A DNA stretch of 32,000 nucleotides from Candidatus Peregrinibacteria bacterium (GCA_016220175.1 JACRHZ010000017.1:25782-57781), one strand, 5' to 3'; positions 1 through 9,049 are shown, numbered from the stretch's first letter. The notes: generated by a model not told the origin, from the sequence alone. Translations and numbers: made by a program.

Positions 1-1
1 T

Positions 2-436
2 GACGATTTCATTCGAAAACCATGGCGATCAAAAGAACTCATCGCAAGAGTATATGCGGTGGTACGACGCGGGTTTAAGTGTGATCAGAATTCTACGAAT
101 ATTCTCAAACAGGGAAAATTTTGTCTCGATCTCAAGTTGAAAAAACTCAAAGTTGGCGAGAAAGAAATAATTTTGGGAAATATTCTTGCGGTTATTCTGG
201 AAAGATTTCTCAAAAAACCAAATGTGCTCCATTCATATGAAGATCTCATTCAGCATGTTTGGGGATCCTCTGGAGATACTTCTTATTCCAGAGATCAGCT
301 CAATAAGCTTCGTGTGCATATTGCTCACTTGAAAAAAGAGCTCGGAGAAAGAGGATCGAAACATATTCGCACTATTCATCGGACGGGATATGTATGGGAG
401 ACAGGGAGGAAGCAGGGGGCAGGAAGTAGGAAGTAG
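2..436 (+). CDS. OmpR/PhoB-family response regulator, C-terminal part (5' end lies off the window)
   Basis: Frame 2 is open from the window edge. DDFIRKPWRSKELIARVYAVVRRG matches the end of a receiver domain (DDYxxKPF...L.ARv.A..RR). A winged-helix trans_reg_C-like region follows (...EKEIILGNILAVILERFLKKPNVLHSYEDLIQHVWG...IRTIHRTGYVWE). The last ~9 codons and the TAG stop lie in the GGAAGTA repeat array. Confidence 0.85.
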   Translation, partial: DDFIRKPWRSKELIARVYAVVRRGFKCDQNSTNILKQGKFCLDLKLKKLKVGEKEIILGNILAVILERFLKKPNVLHSYEDLIQHVWGSSGDTSYSRDQLNKLRVHIAHLKKELGERGSKHIRTIHRTGYVWETGRKQGAGSRK

Positions 437-484
437 GAATAAGGAAGTAGGAATAAGGAAGTAGGAATAAGGAAGTAGGAAATA
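422..484. repeat. tandem heptamer array, 9 units of GGAAGTA/GGAATAA
   Basis: Read directly: ggaagta ggaagta ggaataa ggaagta ggaataa ggaagta ggaataa ggaagta ggaaata. It overlaps the stop codon of the response regulator. Confidence 0.95.
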
Positions 485-493
485 CGAAAAACT

Positions 494-569
494 GAGAGCG
501 AAGAGTTAATAGCGAAGAGCGAAGAACGAAAAGCAAATAATTTTTAGCTCTTAGCTTTTAGCTCTTAAC
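494..569. repeat. imperfect palindrome made of heptamer words (AAGAGCG-like arm vs YTTAGCT arm)
   Basis: Left arm 505-527 (gttaatagcgaagagcgaagaac) matches the reverse complement of 547-569 (gctcttagcttttagctcttaac) at about 18 of 23 positions. Each arm is itself 7-periodic. It lies between convergent genes. Confidence 0.7.
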
Positions 570-635
570 TATTTTGTGCGGATCACGCCTCCTGGCCTGA
601 CTGAGCAATGGTCAAAATTAATTCATAACTCAAAA

Positions 636-1898
636 TTACTTTGGTTCAATTCGCTTGAACCCGGTAAACTTCCAAAGACATTCCGGAATATCGACCGATC
701 CGTTTTTCTTCTGGAAATTTTCCAGAATTGCAATGAGCGGGCGTGAAGAAACCGCAGTTCCGTTCAGTGTGTGAACGTAATCGGTAGTTCCGTCTTTTTT
801 GCGATAGCGTATATTCAGTCTTCTGCTCTGAAAATCAGTGCAAATAGAGGTTGAAGTGACTTCTCGATATTTGTTTTGTCCCGGGAGCCACGCTTCCAAA
901 TCGTATTTTTTTGCCGCAGAATTTCCGAGATCTCCCGTACAAATATTGACCACTTGGTAGGGGATTTTGAGTTCTTTCATGAGTGCTTCTTCGACTTCCC
1001 GAATGAGTTCGTGCATCTTAGCACTGTCTTCTGGTTTGCAGAGAATCACCATTTCGATTTTTTCAAACTGATGGACTCTGAGTATTCCCTTCATATCTTT
1101 CCCATAAGATCCCGCTTCTCTGCGAAAACACGGAGAATATCCGGCAAATTTTATGGGAAGCATGTCTTCTTCCAAAATTTCATCGGCATGAAAACTTGTG
1201 AGCGGAACTTCTGATGTCGCGATGAGATAGAGATCATCTTCGCCGGGATTCACGACATAATTCTCATCTTTTGAAAGATACCCGGTTCCATAAATGGCTT
1301 CTTTTCGGGTCACAAATGGCGGAATCATTGGAGAAAATCCGAGTTCTGCAATTCTCAAGAAAGCCCAGTTCATGAGCGCCATTTGGAGAATGGCGAGCTC
1401 ATTTCGCAAAAAGAAAAATCGTGATCCAGCGACTTTTGCTCCGCGATCTAAATCAAGAATTCTGAGTTTTTCTCCGAGTTCTGAGTGTTCAAGTGGCGTA
1501 AAATCAAACTTTCGTGGAGATCCTTCTTTTCTGAGAACTTGATTCTCTTCTTCACTCTTTCCATCTGGCGCACTGTCTTCCGGAGGATTTGGAAGCGCCT
1601 CAAGCGCATGTTTGAGGTCTTCTCCCACTTTTTCTTGTTCCATCTCCGCTTCTTTTTTTTCCTCAGAAAGTTTTTTCATATTTGCCAAGACTTTTTCCTT
1701 TTCTGCTCCGGAAAGCTTTGGCATTTCTTTCGAAACTTTATTCTGTTCACTTTTTGCCTGTTCTACTTTTTTAAGAAGCGATCTATATTTTTCATCAAGT
1801 TCCAAAACTGCGGCGACAGCATGAGCAGAAACGCCTTTTCGAGCGAGCTTTCTTTGGTATTCTTTTGGATTTTCACGAATGGCTTTGATGTCGAGCAT
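636..1898 (-). CDS. serS: seryl-tRNA synthetase
   Basis: Begins MLDIKAIRENPKEYQRKLARKG (typical SerRS N-terminal arm). Class II motifs present: FRREAGSYGKDMKGILRVHQFEKIE and LNGTAVSSRPLIAILENFQ. I use the ATG at 1898 rather than the 34-codon upstream extension in the ORF track. Confidence 0.95.
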   Translation of the reverse strand: MLDIKAIRENPKEYQRKLARKGVSAHAVAAVLELDEKYRSLLKKVEQAKSEQNKVSKEMPKLSGAEKEKVLANMKKLSEEKKEAEMEQEKVGEDLKHALEALPNPPEDSAPDGKSEEENQVLRKEGSPRKFDFTPLEHSELGEKLRILDLDRGAKVAGSRFFFLRNELAILQMALMNWAFLRIAELGFSPMIPPFVTRKEAIYGTGYLSKDENYVVNPGEDDLYLIATSEVPLTSFHADEILEEDMLPIKFAGYSPCFRREAGSYGKDMKGILRVHQFEKIEMVILCKPEDSAKMHELIREVEEALMKELKIPYQVVNICTGDLGNSAAKKYDLEAWLPGQNKYREVTSTSICTDFQSRRLNIRYRKKDGTTDYVHTLNGTAVSSRPLIAILENFQKKNGSVDIPECLWKFTGFKRIEPK

Positions 1899-2099
1899 GG
1901 AAAAAATGGAAAAGTTGCTGGGATTGTAAAAGAAATTTTTATGAAGGGCAATATCCTCGTTTGTAGACTGAATGCTGAGAAATATGATAAAAAAGTGCAA
2001 ATTTTGTGTTCAAAACTCTTGACAGAACACGCATACTCGAAGTACGTTTTAGCATCAACCACCACACGCATGCATGGATGAAAAAAATATTACAAATCA

Positions 2100-2128
2100 T
2101 TGACACGTCGACGAATCGTTGACATAAT
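2100..2128 (+). promoter_or_regulatory. sigma70-like promoter for the giant surface-protein gene
   Basis: TTGACA (2100-2105), 17-nt spacer, CATAAT (2123-2128), with TG at 2120-2121 two nt upstream of the -10 hexamer (offset from the canonical extended -10 spacing). Confidence 0.55.
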
Positions 2129-2161
2129 CATAGAGAATTAAAAATGGCTCACACGAAAAAA

Positions 2162-2216
2162 AATAAAAATAAAAATCTTACGCATTCATTTTTTTATTCG
2201 GATTTTTATTTTTATT
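2162..2216 (+). promoter_or_regulatory. perfect 16-bp A/T hairpin in the 5' leader, ending 3 nt before the ATG of the giant gene
   Basis: aataaaaataaaaatc (2162-2177) and gatttttatttttatt (2201-2216) are exact reverse complements. The loop is 23 nt. Confidence 0.7.
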
Positions 2217-2219
2217 CTT

Positions 2220-5200
2220 ATGAAATCTACACATCACCATTTTTTTTCTCGTAAATTCCTGGGCATCTTCGGAAGCGTGATGCTTCTTTTCGCTGGCATG
2301 CAGATGATGTTTTCGGTGTCGAGAGCTGAAGCCGTTCAAATAATCCCTCAGTGTAATGGGAAAGATGCTACCTTATATGTAAATGCGGGAGTAATTGTAC
2401 ACCCCGGAAAACCTGACAATGGAGATGCTTATGCAGGAACTTTGACGGGGGACAATAGTGATGATGTCATCGTGGGGACAGACGGCAATGATGTCATTAA
2501 TGCAGGGAATGGGAAAAATACGGTTTGTGCTCAGGGAGGAAATGACACTATAACTTCGGGGCAAAAAGATGATTGGGTCGATGCTGGAGATGGAAATGAT
2601 CGAGTAGATACTGGAAATGGAAATAACACTGTAAACGGTGGCGATGGAAACGATATTATTACCGCTAAGGAGCATGGTGACTCTGTAAATGGAGGTGCGG
2701 GATTTGATTTTTGTAAGGTAGATAATGGAAATAATGATGTCACTGGGTGTGAAGCCGATGATGATAAGGGAATTATCATCGTAAAAGATGCACAACCTGA
2801 TGACGCACAGGATTTTCATTTTACTGGTGAGCTCGGAAATTTTGATCTTGATGATGATGCAGATGGGGCATTATTAAATTACAAAGCTTTTTCTCCTCAC
2901 TCCGGAACTTTGACTGTTCAAGAAAGCGATATTCCAAGCGGATGGGCACTAGATCATATTTCCTGTAATGATCCTGATCATGGAACTTCTCAAAATGGAA
3001 ACTCAGTGGATATTGATTTGAATAATAACGAAGCAATTGTTTGTACTTTTACAAATACTCAGGTCGGGAAGCTTACCATCACAAAAGCAATAGGAGATGG
3101 AGCAAATGCCGATGGGAAAGAGTTTAAATTCATCGGAAATCCTGATGCAAATCCGAATATTGGAGAATTTTCACTCTATGTTGATAGTGATCCTGAGACC
3201 CCATATTTTAAAATGTTTAGCTCAATACCTGTTGGATCATACAAAATGAAAGAACTGGTTCCTTCAGAATGGATGCTTTCGGGAGTTTCTTGTGATGGGA
3301 CATCAAAAACGCCAGATGAGGATTCATACTATACTTTTGATGTGATGAAAGGTGCCGATATGAACTGTACATTTACCAATAAAAAGGATACAGACGGCGA
3401 CGGAATTCCTGACGATGAAGATGACACTCCCAACGGAGTCGGAGACATTACTATTCAAAAAGTTACTGATGAAGAAACTTCAAATATCTTCACTTTTTTT
3501 GGAGGTAGTCTTGATAACGATACTTTTTCACTACATGCTAATGGTCAAAAAGTATTCCCAGACATGCCCGCTGGATCGTATTCCGTGCAAGAATTTGATA
3601 CTCCGAGATGGCTTCTTTCAAGTGTTGTATGTAATGACGAACAGCAATCCCCAGATGAAAACAACATGATCATTGTAGATCTCGAGAATCATGAACAAAT
3701 TGTCTGCACCTTTTATAATAAGAAGGATACAGATGACGACGGCACACCAGATGATGAAGATGATACTCCGTTTGGAGAAGGAAATATCACCATTGTAAAA
3801 TCTGCAACTCCAGAAGATGGACGAAATTTTGACTTTCAGAGTGATTCGTTAGCCAGTTTTACTCTTAACGATGACGGTGATGGTCCACTCGTAGACACAA
3901 AATTGTTTTCAAAAGGTGTGGGAATACATTTTGTTACAGAGGAATCACTCGATGGATGGATTTTGACCGACATCGTATGTGTTACTGACGATCAGTCTGA
4001 CACAACTGAAAGACATATTGCTGAGAGATATGTTTCGATTGATCTCGATAAAGATGAAAATATTAGCTGTACATTCACGAACAAGAAGGATACAGATAAT
4101 GACGGTGTGCCAGATATTGATCCAGCGCATCCAGAACTTGGCGGAGATAATTGTCCAAATGATAAGAATTCAGGACAAGAAGATGCCGATGGTGATGGAA
4201 AAGGCGATGTTTGTGATTCAACCCCGAATGGCATTGGGAAAATTACGATTCAAAAAACTGTGAGCCCAAATGAAGAAGGTACATTTGGATTTACAGCAGA
4301 CAGCAATACTGAAGGTAACCCTGATCTCGAAGACTTTAATTTAGTTGTTAATGCTAACAACCAATACTTGGGTGAAAAAATATTCGATTTAGCACCTGTT
4401 GGCTCGTATACGATAACAGAAGCTGCTACTCAGGGATGGATGCTTTTTGGTATTTCTTGTGATGGAACAACACAAGATGTCGGACCTCTAACTATTGATC
4501 TTAAAATGGATGATGAAATTACCTGCACATTTGTAAATAAGAAAGATACAGATAATGATGGAATCCCTGATGATGTAGATCCAACTCCAAATGGAGTTGG
4601 CACAATTACGATTCAAAAAGACATAACAGAAATGACGACTGATCAGTTTAGGTTTTCAGTAGTAGATCATGATTCTATGCCTTATGGTGATCCATTTACG
4701 CTAGATGTTAACGCTGGTACTTCTGAGATTCCAGAGAAAGAAACATTACTATCTGTACCCGTTGGGTCATATACAGTGACCGAATCTGAAACCGTAGGGT
4801 GGAAAATTTTCGGCGTTTCTTGTGATAATGAACAAAAAAATCTCACTGGGAATTCTTCATTCACTGTTGATCTGGTTGCGAATCTTCAGGATATTACGTG
4901 TATAGTTACAAATGAACCTATAGATACTGATCAAGACGAAATACCGGATATCCGTGATAATTGTCCATTAGATCCAAATACAAATCAGCAAAATACGGAT
5001 GCTAATTTTGAAAATGGTGATTCTCTTGGAGATGCATGCGATCCAGATGATGATGGAGATGGGATTTTTGATCTTCCAAATGGAGAAGAGCAGCCAAATC
5101 CAGATAACTGCCAATATGTTCCAAATCAAGATCAAACCGATACCGATGGCGATGGAATTGGGGATGCATGTGAGAATGATACTGATGGTGATGGAATACT

Positions 5201-7151
5201 GAATGAGACTGATAACTGTCCACTTGTTGCAAATCCCGGTCAGGAAAATGGCTATGGAACCTCTGCGGGAGATGCTTGTGAAGACACCGATGTAGATACT
5301 ATTCTTGACGCAAGAGATAATTGTCCCTTAGATCCAAATACAAATCAACAAAATACCGATGCTAATTTTGAGAATGGTGATTCTCTTGGAGATGCATGTG
5401 ATCTGGATGACGATGGAGATGGTTTTCCTGACGTAGCAAATGATCAAAAACCAGCTGATAACTGTCAATTTGTTCCAAATCAAGATCAAACCGATACCGA
5501 TGGCGATGGGGCAGGAAACGCGTGTGATTTAACTCCGAATGGAGCAACAAAAATTACAATCCAAAAAGCGGTATCTCAGGCAACGACCGACCAGTTTACA
5601 TTTTCAATAGTTCACGATTCTGTACCTTATGTTGATCCGTTCGCCTTAGATGTTAATACTGACACGGAAACTATTCCGGAGGTAAAAACATTTGAATCAG
5701 TTCCTGCTGGGTCATATACAATAACAGAAAGTGCCACTCAGGGATGGACGGTTGATCATACTACTTGCATAAAGAATAATGACGCTGAACATCCAATAAA
5801 CGGAACGAATCCAATGACCATTAGTCTTGTTTTGGAAGACGATATTACTTGTACATTTACCAATGCTCCGGTAGTGGTTCCTCCTGAAGTTGGAACAATT
5901 ACTATCAAAAAAGAATTAACAAAAGGAGCTACGAATAGTGACTTTAAATTTTCAGGAGATCTCGGCACTTTTTCTTTGGACCTCAATGTAAACGATCAGG
6001 CGAATGAAGATCAAAAAACGTTTGAATCAAAAGCCGTTGGATCATATACAGTGAAAGAAGAAAATCAAACTCCTGGATGGAAATTCTCGAACATTTCTTG
6101 TATTGATGATCATGATGAAACTCCAGACGTAGTTGTGAACAATGAAACTCGTTCGGTTGCGATGACTCTTTCTGATGGGCATCACATGACTTGTACATTT
6201 AAAAATGAGCCTGTAGAAGTTCCACCTGAGAATGGTCCACCACCAGGAGGTTCACCACAAGTTCCACCACCAAGCAGTGGAGGAGGAATGGTTATTTGCC
6301 CAATTCCATCACTCGAACCGGTATATTTTGACATTTATCCGGTAAAAGGAGCTGAGCTCAAAAATCTTTCAGAAATTTCCTATAGCGTAACCACAGGAAG
6401 TCCTTCTACATTTTCCATTTCCGTAAACGGTGCCCTCCAAAATATCACTACTACAAAACTCCCAAATGGTGGATATCACATCAGTGCTGATGTTTCTTCA
6501 CTTGCTCTCAACGGAAATGTTCAAATAGTTCTTACTGCTGGTGGAACAGTATTAACTGGAAGTGGTACGAGTTTGCAGACAAAAGAAATTTGTCCAAAGG
6601 ATGCGTTTTACACGGTTCTTATTTCTCCGACATTACAGGAAGAAAAAAATACTCAGCCGGGAGGAGAAGAATTATTCAATACAACTGAACCGGGAAGACT
6701 CTTTTCTGAAGAGGAACTCAAGAAAACGCTCACGAGAGGATATGCTGCGTCAGTAATTCTCGATCTTCTTGGAAAAAGCGCTGCGGATGTCGTTCCAAAA
6801 AGATGTTATCCAGATGTATCATTAAACCATCCATTTGTTCGTGAAATTTGTCTTGCAAAAGAGTTAGGGCTTATGCAGGGATATGGGAATGGATTATTCC
6901 GTCCAGATCAACAAATGACAAAAGCAGAGGCAATAAAGACCATATACAAGGCTATCGGAAGGAGATATTCTCCAGAAAGTCCACACAAATGTGCGGATTT
7001 GGTACCAGGAGCCTGGTATATCCTTCCTATGAGAGAAAGTGTTAAGGATGGTGTCCTAGAAGTGGATTCTGATAATATGTGCAAACCTGGTGAAAAGATT
7101 ACCCTTGCCATATTTGAAAACATGATCAAGGTATTCTCTCAGTATTTTTAA
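2220..7151 (+). CDS. giant secreted surface protein: signal peptide, RTX-like Ca-binding repeats, 8 beta-sandwich modules, thrombospondin type-3 repeats, C-terminal SLH anchor
   Basis: N-terminal signal peptide (hydrophobic core then SRAEA/VQ). GGNDTI/GDGNDRV/GNGNNTV/GDGNDII nonapeptide-like repeats. Eight modules each end in CTF(T/V/Y/K)N and contain a GW-x-L/F...SC motif, linked by KKDTDxDGxPDD. DNCP...NxDQxDxDxDGxGDAC TSP3 repeats. Pro-rich linker. YPDVSLNHPFVREICLAKELGLMQGYGNGLFRPDQQMTKAEAIKTIYKAI fits the SLH consensus. Confidence 0.85.
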   Translation: MKSTHHHFFSRKFLGIFGSVMLLFAGMQMMFSVSRAEAVQIIPQCNGKDATLYVNAGVIVHPGKPDNGDAYAGTLTGDNSDDVIVGTDGNDVINAGNGKNTVCAQGGNDTITSGQKDDWVDAGDGNDRVDTGNGNNTVNGGDGNDIITAKEHGDSVNGGAGFDFCKVDNGNNDVTGCEADDDKGIIIVKDAQPDDAQDFHFTGELGNFDLDDDADGALLNYKAFSPHSGTLTVQESDIPSGWALDHISCNDPDHGTSQNGNSVDIDLNNNEAIVCTFTNTQVGKLTITKAIGDGANADGKEFKFIGNPDANPNIGEFSLYVDSDPETPYFKMFSSIPVGSYKMKELVPSEWMLSGVSCDGTSKTPDEDSYYTFDVMKGADMNCTFTNKKDTDGDGIPDDEDDTPNGVGDITIQKVTDEETSNIFTFFGGSLDNDTFSLHANGQKVFPDMPAGSYSVQEFDTPRWLLSSVVCNDEQQSPDENNMIIVDLENHEQIVCTFYNKKDTDDDGTPDDEDDTPFGEGNITIVKSATPEDGRNFDFQSDSLASFTLNDDGDGPLVDTKLFSKGVGIHFVTEESLDGWILTDIVCVTDDQSDTTERHIAERYVSIDLDKDENISCTFTNKKDTDNDGVPDIDPAHPELGGDNCPNDKNSGQEDADGDGKGDVCDSTPNGIGKITIQKTVSPNEEGTFGFTADSNTEGNPDLEDFNLVVNANNQYLGEKIFDLAPVGSYTITEAATQGWMLFGISCDGTTQDVGPLTIDLKMDDEITCTFVNKKDTDNDGIPDDVDPTPNGVGTITIQKDITEMTTDQFRFSVVDHDSMPYGDPFTLDVNAGTSEIPEKETLLSVPVGSYTVTESETVGWKIFGVSCDNEQKNLTGNSSFTVDLVANLQDITCIVTNEPIDTDQDEIPDIRDNCPLDPNTNQQNTDANFENGDSLGDACDPDDDGDGIFDLPNGEEQPNPDNCQYVPNQDQTDTDGDGIGDACENDTDGDGILNETDNCPLVANPGQENGYGTSAGDACEDTDVDTILDARDNCPLDPNTNQQNTDANFENGDSLGDACDLDDDGDGFPDVANDQKPADNCQFVPNQDQTDTDGDGAGNACDLTPNGATKITIQKAVSQATTDQFTFSIVHDSVPYVDPFALDVNTDTETIPEVKTFESVPAGSYTITESATQGWTVDHTTCIKNNDAEHPINGTNPMTISLVLEDDITCTFTNAPVVVPPEVGTITIKKELTKGATNSDFKFSGDLGTFSLDLNVNDQANEDQKTFESKAVGSYTVKEENQTPGWKFSNISCIDDHDETPDVVVNNETRSVAMTLSDGHHMTCTFKNEPVEVPPENGPPPGGSPQVPPPSSGGGMVICPIPSLEPVYFDIYPVKGAELKNLSEISYSVTTGSPSTFSISVNGALQNITTTKLPNGGYHISADVSSLALNGNVQIVLTAGGTVLTGSGTSLQTKEICPKDAFYTVLISPTLQEEKNTQPGGEELFNTTEPGRLFSEEELKKTLTRGYAASVILDLLGKSAADVVPKRCYPDVSLNHPFVREICLAKELGLMQGYGNGLFRPDQQMTKAEAIKTIYKAIGRRYSPESPHKCADLVPGAWYILPMRESVKDGVLEVDSDNMCKPGEKITLAIFENMIKVFSQYF
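4956..5509 (+). repeat. intragenic ~200-bp direct duplication with 360-bp period inside the TSP3 region of the giant gene
   Basis: 4956-5155 and 5316-5509 both read gataattgtcc(a/c)ttagatccaaatacaaatca(g/a)caaaatac(g/c)gatgctaattttga(a/g)aatggtgattctcttggagatgcatg... and end in ...gttccaaatcaagatcaaaccgataccgatggcgatgg. Confidence 0.9.
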
Positions 7152-7177
7152 TACGTAAACATTGAATGCACTAAAAA

Positions 7178-7211
7178 GCAGCTTCTTGAGAAATTCAGGA
7201 AGCTGCTTTTT
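7178..7211 (+). terminator. rho-independent terminator after the giant gene
   Basis: gcagcttc (7178-7185) pairs with gaagctgc (7199-7206) and is followed by ttttt. Confidence 0.8.
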
Positions 7212-7275
7212 CAAAATGAGCAGCAAGCTCTTCACTTTTTTGCAGAAATAATGTATAATTGTGGGATACAAAAAA

Positions 7276-9030
7276 ATGCTCTCTATGAAAACACATACAC
7301 ACATTCTCAAATATCTTCTCTATTCCGGCTCAGCGCTTCTGTTGGGATTTTTTTTCCTCTCCTTTTTTTCCTCGTCTTTTATTTGGGAAGAAACTGCACG
7401 TCAAATTTTCACTGAAAATGAAAAGCGCGATCTTGCCAAGCTCAATGAAGAATTTGGAATTTCTCGTGCCATTTCTCTTTCACGAAATGAACTCGTAGGA
7501 AGAACGGAAACTCTCACGATGACAGCGAATGTACTTCAGGACGAACGACTTCTTCTCGAAAAACCCCGTTCGGAATTTTTAGTGGAAACCGCTTCAGGAG
7601 AAGTTCTTCTCCTCGAGTCTCAAAGAGAACTCGATATGAAAAAAGTTGTTGATGCATATCAAGAACTTTCGAGTGTCTCTCATGTTGAAACGAATTTCCG
7701 CGGCAAAATTTTTCAAGAAGAAGGAAGTACCGAAAATATTGCATCCTTTTTGTTTTCTAGTAAAAAATCTGATGAAATTTCTCTTCGGAACATCGTCGTA
7801 GCAGTTCTCGATAGTGGGATAGACGAGTATCACGTCGCACTGAAAGGTGCTTTGTGGAACAATCCCCAAGAATACAAAGGACTTAAGGGAAGAGATGATG
7901 ATGGCAATGGCTATGAGGATGATCTCCATGGATGGAATTTTTTCAAAAATAATGGAGATTTGAGAGATTCTCTTGGGCACGGAACTCATGTATCTGGCAT
8001 CATTGCTGCACAAAAAACGGGATATACTTCTATGAAAGGAGTGTATCCAGAAGGAGCAAAAATTATGATGCTCAAAATAACAGATCCTTTTGGAAGCATG
8101 CGTCTTTCAGATGTTATTGCCGCCGTAGAATATGCGAAAGAAGAAAAAGCCGATATTATCAACATGAGTTTCGGATTTTCTGAGAGATCGGAAATCTTCG
8201 ACGATATTCTGAGGAGGGTAAAAGAAGAGGGAATTCTCCTCGTTGCGGCTGCGGGAAATAGCGGAAGCCAAAATGAAGAATATCCAGCGGGATATGAGGA
8301 AACTTTTGGAGTTGGTGCTGCGGACTTTGCTGGTGGGAAAACAGATTCATCAAATTATGGAAGCTGGGTGGATGTCTATGTTCCGGGAAAACTCTTGAGT
8401 ACTCTTCCGAATAATGAATACGGAACAAAAAGCGGAACATCCCAGTCATCTGCGCTTGTTTCCGGAATCGCCGCGTCCATTCTGGGGAAGAATTTACATG
8501 ATATTTCTCCGGACAATCTCCAAAAATCGGTAATTGATTTTGGAGAACAATTCGATCTTCCCCCTGAACTTCGTCCGCTCAAAAAGTTTGCATATACGCA
8601 GAATTGGATTCGTGAATCTGCTGATCTTCTCCAACAGGGAAAATCACTTTCTGAGCAAGATGAAGTTGCTCTCGGTCTCCAAACGAATATTACGAGGCAA
8701 GATATGGATTCATTTCTGGTGGAATTTTTTCAGGGAAGAAATGAAACACTTTTGATGCTTTCTCAAAACTCAGAGAGTACCAAAACTCCGATGGAAATTT
8801 CTCCAAATATTTTTGTGAATACCCTAACGGGGAATCTTTTATCTGAAGATACTGAGTTAAACGGAGCAGATCAAAAACTTCTCACCTATCATCAGGCACA
8901 ATTTCTTCTGCAAAAAATGAGAAGCAAACTTCCAGAATCAGAGCAAAAACCTCTTCCATTCATTTCGAATCGAAAAGGAAATATTTCACGAAAAGAATTT
9001 TTGGAACTTTTTGAGAAAATGTTTCTGTGA
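7276..9030 (+). CDS. subtilisin-like serine protease (peptidase S8) with N-terminal membrane/signal anchor
   Basis: Asp-His-Ser triad contexts VAVLDSGID, GHGTHVSGIIAA, GTSQSSALVSGIAAS. Hydrophobic N-terminus LLYSGSALLLGFFFLSFF. The start is ambiguous: GTG 7261, ATG 7276 or ATG 7285. A TATAAT at 7254-7259 argues against the GTG. Confidence 0.85.
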   Translation: MLSMKTHTHILKYLLYSGSALLLGFFFLSFFSSSFIWEETARQIFTENEKRDLAKLNEEFGISRAISLSRNELVGRTETLTMTANVLQDERLLLEKPRSEFLVETASGEVLLLESQRELDMKKVVDAYQELSSVSHVETNFRGKIFQEEGSTENIASFLFSSKKSDEISLRNIVVAVLDSGIDEYHVALKGALWNNPQEYKGLKGRDDDGNGYEDDLHGWNFFKNNGDLRDSLGHGTHVSGIIAAQKTGYTSMKGVYPEGAKIMMLKITDPFGSMRLSDVIAAVEYAKEEKADIINMSFGFSERSEIFDDILRRVKEEGILLVAAAGNSGSQNEEYPAGYEETFGVGAADFAGGKTDSSNYGSWVDVYVPGKLLSTLPNNEYGTKSGTSQSSALVSGIAASILGKNLHDISPDNLQKSVIDFGEQFDLPPELRPLKKFAYTQNWIRESADLLQQGKSLSEQDEVALGLQTNITRQDMDSFLVEFFQGRNETLLMLSQNSESTKTPMEISPNIFVNTLTGNLLSEDTELNGADQKLLTYHQAQFLLQKMRSKLPESEQKPLPFISNRKGNISRKEFLELFEKMFL

Positions 9031-9049
9031 TATTCACTCAAAAAGAAGG

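Noticed and set aside
422-484. Possible CRISPR array, suggested by regularly spaced repeats (also at 10598-10639 and in the AT-rich elements)
   Set aside because: The units are contiguous 7-mers with no unique spacers and are far shorter than CRISPR repeats (about 23-50 nt). No cas genes are present in the window.
570-635. Possible small RNA or tRNA in the unique GC-richer stretch gtgcggatcacgcctcctggcctgactgagcaatggtc
   Set aside because: It is too short, with no cloverleaf, no T-loop GTTCRANYC-like box and no acceptor pairing visible. It is more likely the 3' UTR of serS.
1899-2000. N-terminal extensions in the ORF track: serS to 2000, the CE4 gene to 26750, copA to 18805, and the HMA/cupredoxin gene to 20958
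   Set aside because: The extensions precede the conserved family N-termini (MLDIKAIREN for SerRS; the HMA beta-strand start for copA). They would also overlap the neighbouring gene (CE4 vs asnS) or rely on rare TTG/GTG starts when an ATG sits at the conserved position.
1485-2081. Long antisense or overlapping ORFs from the six-frame track (e.g. 876-1214, 1485-2081, 2373-2819, 7594-8013, 10034-10501, 16314-16670, 23676-24161, 24549-24947, 27635-28282)
   Set aside because: They lie entirely within, and opposite or out of frame to, strongly supported conserved genes. They have low-complexity F/L/K/I-rich translations typical of shadow ORFs in AT-rich DNA, and no recognisable motifs.
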